64,000 nucleotides of DNA, taken from NCBI GenBank assembly GCA_041746255.1, contig JBGTHM010000005.1:32001-96000 (forward strand), in the 5' to 3' direction. The position numbers were made by a program, and so were the translations under genes. Below, one piece after another: positions 29,980 through 38,746 of this stretch. The notes under the pieces were generated by a model. That model saw nothing but the letters and a program-made list of their open reading frames with translations, made no database searches and was not told the DNA's origin. The DNA comes from Fibrobacteria bacterium. Its GTDB lineage: Bacteria > Fibrobacterota > Fibrobacteria > UBA11236. Each line of letters opens with the position of its first letter. Within the stretch, counting starts at the first letter, position 1.

Positions 29980-32349
29980 TTACGGCCGCAGGAAGCCCAT
30001 GCGGATGATCTTGCTTTCGATTTCGGATTTCTGCCCACCCTGGGGTCTCAAGGTGAGCACGGTACGGAAGACATAGGCTCCGGTTCCGACCTTGACGCCT
30101 TTATCCGTGAACCCATCCCATTTGATATCGATGCGACGCTTCCCGCCTTCAGAACCTTCTTGAAGTTGCAGGAATTGTTCCGGCGGAAAATCCAATTCCA
30201 ATTGATTGATGTATTCACCCAGGTTGCTGTACACGAAAATTTCCGCCTTGAAGGAACGGCTCGCTTCCAATCGCACACCCAGCGCCGAATCCGGTTTACC
30301 GGAGGGAGGCGCCGGCTCGACCAGCACCACATTGCGGGAGCTGCGGGAAATAGTCTGTTCGGTAATTCCGGGAACGGTGCGGACGATGGCCCAGTGATCC
30401 GGATACTTGGGCGCTTCCGGATAGGAAGCCACCGGACTCAGCGCGCTTATGATTTTTACCGAGGGTAAGGGCTTGATTGCCAGTAACACCCGCTTGTTAT
30501 TGGGATCGCTTTGAACGTTACCCGCGACATCCGCGATCTGTCCTAGCTTGATCCACAAACTATCCCTATCCTTGGGTAGTAATACTCCCTCCACCGACAC
30601 GATTTCAAACAAAAGGGTGTCGCCGCTGGAGGGAAGGGGCTTCAACACGAATTCATACAGCGTTCCATCGGAATTTCTCAGCTGGAACGGGCGGGGTGCG
30701 CCGTTGACCAACACCGCGGGTTTATTGAATACTACGGCCAAGGTATCGTTTTTCGGCGTCTGACCTTTAACGGGATAATAAGGTATCAGGGTGGCGGAAA
30801 CTGTCTCCGGCGCGCTTTTGTCCAGGATGGAAAGCTTCACCGACGCCTTATCGCGATCGTCGCGCGGGTGGGTCCAAGTTATGGTGACGTCATCCCCTAC
30901 TTGCGCTTCCACTACCTTGTTCATGCCCTTGCCGCCGCCGGTAATTACCGAGAAAGCGATTTCCCCGGAGTAAGTGGCGGTTAAGGCGTTCGCCCCCTTG
31001 CGGGTCATCGCCAGGGTTTCGGAATCCTTACTGCGTGTGGCCGTAATGCCGGAAGCCGCATCGCCGACAAGAGAGGGGGCGGTTTGCAATTCCACTGCGA
31101 ATTTGGAATGGGTATTATCCAAGGTTTGGATGGGTTGGTTGGCAGGATTGGTCGCCGTGAGCTTGCTCGGATCGTAACACCGCACCCCGAAGGTGGCATC
31201 CACGTTTTTTTGCCCCTTTTGAGTTGACGGAGCCGCCGCGACATTCAGGACGAACTTGGCGGTTTTGGCATTTTCCAGCTTGCCGGAAGCCGCGTTCCGG
31301 CTTGCGATTTGGACGGTTATGGAGTTCGCTCCTTCGCGCAATCCCACGACATCGTTCAGTTGAACGGAGTATTTACCCGCTCCGTCGAGCACATGGCCGT
31401 CGGCGAGAGCTTGCGCAGATTGGCCATTGGTGGAATTGGTGAGTTGGGTGTAGTTCACCGCCTGCACGGCCACCACCTGGTTCACGATATCGCGCATGGC
31501 CTGTTGCAATTTGGCATTATCACCCGAGGCGACGGCATAGAAGGTGCCGCCGCTTCTTTCCGAAAGAGAACGCAGCGGCGCGCCATTTCCTTTTCCGATA
31601 AAAATGGAGAATACCGGGGGCAAGTCGGGATTGGCGACATTGGCACCATAAGTCTGGTTGTATTCAGTCAACTGGGCATTATTCCCAGTCGGTTCGCCAT
31701 CGGATACAAAAATGATGGCTTGGCGGGGTGTTTTCACATGGGGAGGAGAAAGGTAGGTTTTGGATTGATTCAAAACCGCGTAATAGTTGGTCCCGCCCTG
31801 ATTACGCGAACCACAATCATAATCGTCCGGGGTATAGGATGTCGCAAGCGCCTTTAAAGCGGCAAAATTCCCCCCCTGGTTCAGTTGCAGCAATGGCGAC
31901 ACCAAGATTTTTTTAACCCCTTTGGGGCCGGTACCGTCGCAATTGCCGTTTGCGAATCCAATATATCCTGCGGTGGAGGCGGGCGATAAATCGTAAAGCT
32001 GCTGGATGCTGGTTTCAACCGCTTCGGGTGCGAAAAAGTCGGGATCGTTAGATCGCATGCTTCCACTGATATCTACCGCGAATACCACGTCCACAGGCTG
32101 GACCGCGCCGGTTACACTGGGCGCACAAATCGACAATCCATCATTATCAATGCGAGTGGTATTTGAGGGTACCTGGATGGTTTGACCGTTCAATGCCGCC
32201 ACATCGAGGCATTGCTTGGTACTTCCCTGCAGCGCCGACTCGAGGTCGCAGCGGACCTGCGTAAAAGTCGAGTAGGGAGCCAAGGCCAAAAACATAACCG
32301 AAAGAGCCACATTGCCCAAAATTTTTTTTTGGAGGGAATGGTCAAACAT
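29980..32349 (-). CDS. Secreted VWA-domain protein with Ig-like and FlgD-like C-terminal domains
   Basis: MIDAS DISGSM, GTNY, IFVSDGEP; C-terminus YSNLGEY...WDGFTDKGVKVGTGAYVF. Confidence 0.85.
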   Translation of the reverse strand: MFDHSLQKKILGNVALSVMFLALAPYSTFTQVRCDLESALQGSTKQCLDVAALNGQTIQVPSNTTRIDNDGLSICAPSVTGAVQPVDVVFAVDISGSMRSNDPDFFAPEAVETSIQQLYDLSPASTAGYIGFANGNCDGTGPKGVKKILVSPLLQLNQGGNFAALKALATSYTPDDYDCGSRNQGGTNYYAVLNQSKTYLSPPHVKTPRQAIIFVSDGEPTGNNAQLTEYNQTYGANVANPDLPPVFSIFIGKGNGAPLRSLSERSGGTFYAVASGDNAKLQQAMRDIVNQVVAVQAVNYTQLTNSTNGQSAQALADGHVLDGAGKYSVQLNDVVGLREGANSITVQIASRNAASGKLENAKTAKFVLNVAAAPSTQKGQKNVDATFGVRCYDPSKLTATNPANQPIQTLDNTHSKFAVELQTAPSLVGDAASGITATRSKDSETLAMTRKGANALTATYSGEIAFSVITGGGKGMNKVVEAQVGDDVTITWTHPRDDRDKASVKLSILDKSAPETVSATLIPYYPVKGQTPKNDTLAVVFNKPAVLVNGAPRPFQLRNSDGTLYEFVLKPLPSSGDTLLFEIVSVEGVLLPKDRDSLWIKLGQIADVAGNVQSDPNNKRVLLAIKPLPSVKIISALSPVASYPEAPKYPDHWAIVRTVPGITEQTISRSSRNVVLVEPAPPSGKPDSALGVRLEASRSFKAEIFVYSNLGEYINQLELDFPPEQFLQLQEGSEGGKRRIDIKWDGFTDKGVKVGTGAYVFRTVLTLRPQGGQKSEIESKIIRMGFLRP

Positions 32350-32379
32350 ATTTAGTCTACCCCTTCAATATTTTTCGAT

Positions 32380-32446
32380 GGGAGTCGGAACGAATCCGTT
32401 ACTCCAACCTTTTCCAGCCTGGAAAGCCACCCCTGTTCCGATTCCC
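32380..32446. other. Long inverted repeat enclosing a palindrome (possible structured leader)
   Basis: GGGAGTCGGAAC (32380-32391) pairs with GTTCCGATTCCC (32435-32446); internal TTTCCAG-C-CTGGAAA. Confidence 0.4.
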
Positions 32447-32605
32447 GAGTACCGGATGAGCTGTAAATCCAGTTTGGCTAGCTTAATGTAGGGCACTCCC
32501 TTCCAAGACGCAAGTAATTCCTACTCTAAATTATGCTTACACTATGTACCTATTCCCTCTTTTTGCTACTTTTTAGTCTTGCACTACCCGACCAAGCGTT
32601 TTTTT

Positions 32606-33772
32606 ATGCAAAAAACCCATATCACGGCGCTAATCCTTTTCACCCTATCCGGATTACTTGGGGGCTGTGCGCATAGACCCCAATCCGGTGATTCCCACCA
32701 GACAACTTCCCAAAACCTCAAGTTGAGCCGGTTCGATGCCCAAGCCTTAAGCGAATCGGCTCCCAAACGCGCCCGCGCCCAAATGGCGCCTGCGCCTGCC
32801 ATGGAAGGCCAATCGGAATACGACCAAATGGACGAGGCGCCGGATGAATCCACCGAGCGCATGGTAGCCCATACCGGTGAGATTGAAATGCGTTCCACCG
32901 AACCGAAAGCCGTTTTGGACACTGCCACCCATGTGATCTTGTCAGCGGGGGGTTATGTTGAAGAAAAACACGCGCATTTCGCCGTATTCCGGGTTCCGAC
33001 TCCTCATTTCGATACCGTTTTCGCCCGAATTCTCTTACTGGGACAGGTTGAGCGGCATTCCCGCCGCGCGGATGATATTACCGAAGCCTATACCGACAAC
33101 GATTTGCGTATCCGTACCATCCAAAAAACCCTTACGCGTCTGAGGGAATTGGTGAACCTGGCCAAAAAGGACAAGGAGAAAATTCAACTCCTGGCGGAAA
33201 TGAAGCGTCTCAGCGAACAGCTGCAATACCTGGAAAAAAGCCAGACGTTACTCAAAACCCGCGCCGAATACGCTCTCATCCGGGTCACAGTCAACCCCTA
33301 TCCCCTGGCTCCGGTGGTGCTCGACGTCCCGCTCTCCGGATTCGAATGGATAAGCACCCTCGGGCCCTTCGAGCGCGTCAAGCGGGGAAAACGCCTTCGC
33401 TTCGCAACACCGGAAAACATGGTGGTTCTGGAAAGGGGAGGCGCGAAAAATCCCTGGACGCTCGCCAGCGCCGGTGGAACCGCCGTCTGGGCTTCACGCT
33501 TGAAAAACCGTCCGCGCGGAGACACGCCTTATTGGAAACTTGCAGTTGCGGGAAGGCTGAAAGACTTGTACCAAGGCACCGAAGAATTGCAGGCGGGCGA
33601 TTATACCGTGCTGCGCTTTTTGGCGCAGGGACCCATTCCCTATGTCTATTTGGTCGGCCTCAAAACGGAGAAAAAATGCTTGCATGTGGTGGAGGCGTAT
33701 TTCCCGAATGCCGAGGAAGAAAACCGCTATGGGAAAGCCCTGCAGGAAAGTCTGAAAGCGGGGGCGTTATGA
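32606..33772 (+). CDS. DUF4349-domain lipoprotein with extra C-terminal domain
   Basis: Lipobox LGGC; GGYV...FRVP...LG...DITEAYTD..RI, coiled coil, EYALIRV. Confidence 0.8.
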   Translation: MQKTHITALILFTLSGLLGGCAHRPQSGDSHQTTSQNLKLSRFDAQALSESAPKRARAQMAPAPAMEGQSEYDQMDEAPDESTERMVAHTGEIEMRSTEPKAVLDTATHVILSAGGYVEEKHAHFAVFRVPTPHFDTVFARILLLGQVERHSRRADDITEAYTDNDLRIRTIQKTLTRLRELVNLAKKDKEKIQLLAEMKRLSEQLQYLEKSQTLLKTRAEYALIRVTVNPYPLAPVVLDVPLSGFEWISTLGPFERVKRGKRLRFATPENMVVLERGGAKNPWTLASAGGTAVWASRLKNRPRGDTPYWKLAVAGRLKDLYQGTEELQAGDYTVLRFLAQGPIPYVYLVGLKTEKKCLHVVEAYFPNAEEENRYGKALQESLKAGAL

Positions 33773-34449
33773 CCCATTCCGCCCGTGCGTTTAACTCCGT
33801 CGCAAGTAGGTTACCCCTGGGGTCGATGCTGTTGGCTATATGCCTGATCCTTCCCCAGCTCACGACCGCCAAGGATGCCGCCACCTTACCCGTGCGACCC
33901 GGACCTGCGCATACCTCCATATCCGCCACCAGCACGCTGATTACCCCGGACCGCGAAGCCGCGGCGAAGCGTATCATCGAAAAAACCAAGGCATTTCGCG
34001 GCTGGTTTCTCACGCACGACCAACACCGGTTGGAATTGCAGGTCCCGGCCCATCAAGCCGAAGCCCTGCTCGACTTCGCGCAAACCCAGGGTCATCAAGT
34101 CGACCGCAGCTTTTCCACCCTCGATAATTCGCAGCAGTGGTTGCAAGCCAAGTCTTCACTGGAAGCCAAGGAAGGATTGTTGGAAGACTACATGGCTATC
34201 CTGTCGAAAGCCGAAACCGAATCGATTTTCGCGGTGGAGCGCGCCATCAACGAGCTGCGCGCCGAAATCGAAGCCGCCAAAGGCCGACTCCGAAAAGTCG
34301 AACATGACATCGCTTATGCCCGCATCAACGTGTATTTCCGATTCCCGGACCGCCCCGAACCCGCGCGCGACGCAGCCTCTTCTTTTGACTGGGTGAACCG
34401 TCTCAACCTCGCCGATCTCTTGGAGGACTTCCGCCATGTCAAAGACTAG
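33769..34449 (+). CDS. DUF4349-domain secreted protein
   Basis: ATGA-coupled start at 33769; signal peptide; LQVP, VERAINELRAEIE..KGRL...IAYARI. Confidence 0.75.
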   Translation: MTHSARAFNSVASRLPLGSMLLAICLILPQLTTAKDAATLPVRPGPAHTSISATSTLITPDREAAAKRIIEKTKAFRGWFLTHDQHRLELQVPAHQAEALLDFAQTQGHQVDRSFSTLDNSQQWLQAKSSLEAKEGLLEDYMAILSKAETESIFAVERAINELRAEIEAAKGRLRKVEHDIAYARINVYFRFPDRPEPARDAASSFDWVNRLNLADLLEDFRHVKD

Positions 34450-34885
34450 GAAGGCACTCTTGGCGCTGCTTCCCCTGCTCTTGCTGGGATGCGCCTCTTT
34501 CCGGGCTCCCGCGCCGGACGGTTTCGCGCCCTATGCAAATGAGCGAACCTTTCGCGCCGTCAGCGCGGACGGAGTCGTTTATCGCGTTAAGACTTTGAAG
34601 AACGACCCCAAAGCCGACCTGGCTTTCTGGCAAGAGGCCGTCAAGACTCGAATGGAAAAGGCGGGATATAAAATCGTGTCCGATTCCACGCTTAAGCTCC
34701 AGGGAAGCGAAGCCACCCTGCTGGAGTTGGCCGCTCCTTTCGGTGATCGCGATTACAGCTACCTGATTGCCCTGGCCATAAGCGGGAAGAAAATTCTCCT
34801 GGTGGAATCCGCGGGGGATATGCGCGATTTCGCTCCCCGAAAAGCGGCGGTGCTTCAGGCCGTTCGTGACATCCGCTTTCAATAA
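34436..34885 (+). CDS. Hypothetical lipoprotein
   Basis: Lipobox LLGC; GGAGG RBS; similar to the C-terminal domain of 32606-33772. Confidence 0.8.
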   Translation: MSKTRKALLALLPLLLLGCASFRAPAPDGFAPYANERTFRAVSADGVVYRVKTLKNDPKADLAFWQEAVKTRMEKAGYKIVSDSTLKLQGSEATLLELAAPFGDRDYSYLIALAISGKKILLVESAGDMRDFAPRKAAVLQAVRDIRFQ

Positions 34886-34945
34886 CCACATCTGCATCCG
34901 ATATTTTAATTCAACTGGCTTAATCCAAATTACGGAAATAAGGGT

Positions 34946-35443
34946 TTAATACCGAAGGTTCTCAATTTCTGGCCCCATTGTACAGTCGTCTGCGCAGTTA
35001 TAGGGACGGTACTGGCAGCGCGCAAGAATTCCATTTTTGGAAAATACCAGAGTTACCTCATTTTTTTTGCGTGGGAGGGTCAGCACCGAATCAATGCAGA
35101 AAGCGTATTGTTCATCTATGGTTCTGTAGTCCCCTTTGTTTTCAATTGATACTGTGTCGTACCGGACCTTATTTTGCAGTTTTAGTTTTTCCTCACCGGA
35201 GCCCGAATAAATGTGTATTTCGTACATCACATTGTTCCGAACAATAAATTCATACCGACTTCGACTTCCCGTCCAACTGGAATAGCTAGTTTCATAAGTG
35301 TAATTGCCTCCGTGCTTAGCCTTCAACTCTTCCCAAACAGCCCGACTTTCCTCGATATCCGCCACATATCTGGGTTTTAATCCATTGTCGTCCGTACATC
35401 CAAGCAGTAGCCACAGAATATTGAGGACAACCAATTTTTTCAT
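34946..35443 (-). CDS. Hypothetical lipoprotein
   Basis: MKKLVV...LLGC lipobox; C-terminal CQY..NCADDC; AT-richer than the flanks. Confidence 0.75.
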   Translation of the reverse strand: MKKLVVLNILWLLLGCTDDNGLKPRYVADIEESRAVWEELKAKHGGNYTYETSYSSWTGSRSRYEFIVRNNVMYEIHIYSGSGEEKLKLQNKVRYDTVSIENKGDYRTIDEQYAFCIDSVLTLPRKKNEVTLVFSKNGILARCQYRPYNCADDCTMGPEIENLRY

Positions 35444-35780
35444 GTGATGAAAGTCGCCTCGCATGTTTTTTTTCCTTTACGTTCCCGCTTTTTCTCTGAT
35501 AAGTTGAAAGGCAAGGGCGGAATCGTTTTCCAAATGGTCTGGAGAGGCCGGCTCCAGCTTGATCAAAATGGTCGTGTCAACAATAAATTTCACGCATTGA
35601 AAACCTAGGTTTTATTCATATCCTTTCAATGTGTTGCTCATCACCCCATAATGAGAATCCCTATGACGAATCGGGACCTGATATCCATTCTCATTTTGTG
35701 AACGATAATTCCCATAGGTGTCCTTAAAAATGGCCTTTTTGGGGTTATTATAAAGTATCGCACTCACAAAAGGATATCCT

Positions 35781-36623
35781 ATTCCGGATTTATTCCAGTA
35801 CACCGATTATCGCCTATTTTTACGCGATTACTATACCGAGAAAAAGGCGGCGTCCAAAAATTTCTCTTTTCAGAACTTTTCCCGCAAAGCCAAAATCGCC
35901 AGCAGCGGCTTTCTCCTGCATGTAATGAATGGAGAGCGGAACCTCACTCGCCCGGTACTCTTGAGAGTGGCCGAAGCCATGGAATTGGATCGTCCCCGCA
36001 CGGAATATTTCGAAGACCTGGTTTCTTTCAATCAAGCCAAGACCCAAACCGAAAAGGAATTCTACTTCGGCAAGATCATGGCCATTCGTCAATCCGTTCA
36101 AGTAAAATCACTCGAAGACCGGCAATACGAATTTTTTTCGGAGTGGTACCACTCCGTCATCCGTGAATTGGTGACGATTCTCCCAAAAGGATCTTCCACC
36201 GCGAGTATGGCAAAAAGGGTGGTTCCGGGAGTTTCGGCTTCGCAAGTGAAGCGTTCTTTGGAACTCATGCTGGAACTTGGAATCCTGAAAAAGAAACCAG
36301 GAGGCTCATACGTCCAAAGCGATCCGTTTATCGGGGGAGCGACGCAATCGATAACCGACCTGGGCATTACCCGCTTCCAAAAATCAATGCTGCAGGTGGC
36401 ATCGCAGTCCTGGGAGAACTTTTCCGAAAAAGAAGTCAAGACAAGTACCGTCACCTTTACCATGTCGGATGCCTTAGCGCCCGTCATCGCTCAGGAAATA
36501 AAAGCCTTTCGCGCGCGCCTGTTGCATCTAATCCAACACGATGACAAACCCGCGAACCGCGTCTATCACCTCAACGTCCAACTGTTTCCCGTTTCCAGGA
36601 AAACCGGAGAGGAGCATTCATGA
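35781..36623 (+). CDS. TIGR02147 family protein (HTH + DUF4423), probable ATT start
   Basis: PDLFQYTDYRLFLRDYY...FSRKA, GERNL, YFEDLV.FNQA, FFSEWYHSVIREL, VYHLNVQLFP. Confidence 0.9.
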   Translation: MPDLFQYTDYRLFLRDYYTEKKAASKNFSFQNFSRKAKIASSGFLLHVMNGERNLTRPVLLRVAEAMELDRPRTEYFEDLVSFNQAKTQTEKEFYFGKIMAIRQSVQVKSLEDRQYEFFSEWYHSVIRELVTILPKGSSTASMAKRVVPGVSASQVKRSLELMLELGILKKKPGGSYVQSDPFIGGATQSITDLGITRFQKSMLQVASQSWENFSEKEVKTSTVTFTMSDALAPVIAQEIKAFRARLLHLIQHDDKPANRVYHLNVQLFPVSRKTGEEHS

Positions 36624-38401
36624 ACCCGATATCCCGCCTCCAAAAATTTTCTATCGGCCTGGCGGCAATGCTGCTGGTCGCATGCAATTCCGAGGAACCC
36701 AACGTCACTGGAACGGGGTCTACCACCGAATCGGGCGTAGTGGTGGGACAAATTTTTTCACACGCGGATGGAAAACCCGTTTCCGGAGCCAGGGTCGCGC
36801 TGTATCCCGTCGATCATGTACCTGCAGCTATTCTCCGCAAATCTTCGGCAACCGTGGAAGGAATTACCGATGAAAATGGATGGTACCGGTTTAAAAACGT
36901 ACCGGCGGGTCATTACAATGTCGCGGCCTCGAAAGACAGCCTAAAATCCTATCAGGACTCCTTGGAAATCCTGGAGTCGGGAACGGACGCCGGAATCGAT
37001 ACCCTAAAAGAAACCGGTTCGCTGGCGGGTCACATCGAAATGCAGTCCGGGGATGACGCCCGCACGGTGCTGATCCTGGTTCTCGGCACCAATTCCCTGT
37101 TCGTGCCTCAAGATGCGTCAGGGCACTTCACGCTTCGCGGTTTGGCCGGAGGAAAATACCGGGTGCGGTTTCTCAGTACGCTTTCTGACTATTCGCCGCT
37201 CGATACGATGGTGGAAATCCGGCAGGGCAAATCCGATAGCCTGGAAAATCCCATACGGCTCAATTATACGGGAACCCCCGCGGTACAGGGTCTCAAGGCG
37301 GAGTGGGATGGCGATTTGCAGAGAGTTCTCTTGAGTTGGCATCCCACCGATACCGCCCAAATCGCCGGGTACTATGTCTACCGCGCCGCCGGAAATGGCT
37401 CCATCGGTTCGATACCGCTCAATGCCGACCCTATTCCGGATACGTCGTTCTCGGATACCACGGCGAAGGTGGACAGCCAATACGTTTATGCGGTGAAAGC
37501 CGTGGACAAAAACGGAAACCCTTCGCTAATGCTCTCCTCCGTCGCCAGTGTCGCCACCCCGGCGAATTACACCTTTTCCCGGAAAATCGTTCCCGAAGGG
37601 TGGTCGCACGGTTTGACAACGCTGTCAGTGAACGCGGGAAAAATATATTGGATGCAAGACCAGCAGGTGGCGGTTTACGATACATCGGGCGTCCTCGTGT
37701 CGACATTCGGTTCCGACCATCCCGGAGAGCTGAACCAACCCATGCTTCTCAAAGTGATTCACGACACAGTTTATGTGCTGGATAATCCCGAGGGAATGAC
37801 GCGGCACGATAACAAATTCGGAGACATCGTAATCAAAAAATATTCGCCGCAGGGAACCTTTATGGATAGTCTTTCCATCAAAGGCATTTTTCAATCATTG
37901 TTTCGAAGTAACGGGGATTTTTGGATAACTGAGGACGGTGTGTTATTCGCGGGTAGCGATGACATGCTTTACGTGCGCCATCCCGATGGGAACATCGATT
38001 CAGTCCAATCCACGGTGCGGCCTCCTTTTTTCAATATTACCCTCGCTTGGGCGCCGGATGAAGACCGCCTCCTGGTGATAAGCGGAATTTTCATTTATAC
38101 GCTCGGCACGGGCGGCACGGGCGACACTCGCATCGCGGTGATCGAAAAGGATTTGTCGCTGGCAAGGCTGGACTCGGCCACGTACAAATTGAACGCCGCC
38201 ACGGTTGACGATACCGGAAGGATTTGGGTGGTGCGCGATGATGCAAGGATACAAACCTTGACGAATAATCGTGAAGTCATCCGGAATATTTCTTTGCCGA
38301 AGGCCGAATACCGGGATATTGTAATCGACGAGGAGGACAATATTTATTTATACAATTCCACCCCAAATGCCATACTGATTTACAGAAAACGGGAAAAGTA
38401 G
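36620..38401 (+). CDS. Lipoprotein with carboxypeptidase-regulatory-like, FN3 and beta-propeller regions
   Basis: Lipobox LVAC; GTGSTTE; TDENGWYRF..VPAGHY; FN3 (LSW..GYYVYR..Y.YAVKAVDKNGN); ATGA-coupled to the TIGR02147 gene. Confidence 0.8.
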   Translation: MNPISRLQKFSIGLAAMLLVACNSEEPNVTGTGSTTESGVVVGQIFSHADGKPVSGARVALYPVDHVPAAILRKSSATVEGITDENGWYRFKNVPAGHYNVAASKDSLKSYQDSLEILESGTDAGIDTLKETGSLAGHIEMQSGDDARTVLILVLGTNSLFVPQDASGHFTLRGLAGGKYRVRFLSTLSDYSPLDTMVEIRQGKSDSLENPIRLNYTGTPAVQGLKAEWDGDLQRVLLSWHPTDTAQIAGYYVYRAAGNGSIGSIPLNADPIPDTSFSDTTAKVDSQYVYAVKAVDKNGNPSLMLSSVASVATPANYTFSRKIVPEGWSHGLTTLSVNAGKIYWMQDQQVAVYDTSGVLVSTFGSDHPGELNQPMLLKVIHDTVYVLDNPEGMTRHDNKFGDIVIKKYSPQGTFMDSLSIKGIFQSLFRSNGDFWITEDGVLFAGSDDMLYVRHPDGNIDSVQSTVRPPFFNITLAWAPDEDRLLVISGIFIYTLGTGGTGDTRIAVIEKDLSLARLDSATYKLNAATVDDTGRIWVVRDDARIQTLTNNREVIRNISLPKAEYRDIVIDEEDNIYLYNSTPNAILIYRKREK

Positions 38402-38434
38402 GAGGGGACCCGAGATGCGGTATGGGTTTGGAGA

Positions 38435-38535
38435 CCCTACTCAAATTGCGGATAGCAGAATTGAGCAAATTTCGTGAATTAGGGTGCATTTTTGGCGTTT
38501 CCGGCTTGTTTTAGCCATACTCAAATTGAGTATAG
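38435..38535. mobile_element. MITE-like repeat, copy 2
   Basis: CCCTACTCAAATTGCGGATAG...CATACTCAAATTGAGTATAG; 71/98 identical to copy 1 by manual count, no gaps. Confidence 0.65.
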
Positions 38536-38746
38536 TGATAAAAAAGGGACCCGATTAAGGGCCGTTACCTCCAGGATAAGGGTGGATACAGCCCTTTTTT
38601 CCAAATGCCTCCAGTGCAATTTTTTGCAAGTCACGCAGGTCTCCTGGTTTTGGGCAATTCCTCTGAACGGGCCCGAATTCTTTCACACGCATATACTGTA
38701 CAAATGAGCAGCTTATCGTATATTGAAAAGAAGCCTGGAATGCCGC

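Noticed and set aside
33346..33768. N-terminal extension of ORF 33346-34449
   Set aside because: Overlaps the upstream gene; the ATGA-coupled start at 33769 gives a signal peptide.
35612..35803. 63-aa minus-strand ORF
   Set aside because: Overlaps the promoter and start of the TIGR02147 gene; no motifs.
11638..38535. The paired repeat as a CRISPR repeat or integron attC site
   Set aside because: No array; the middle segment is conserved between copies; no RYYYAAC/GTTRRRY ends, cas genes or integrase.
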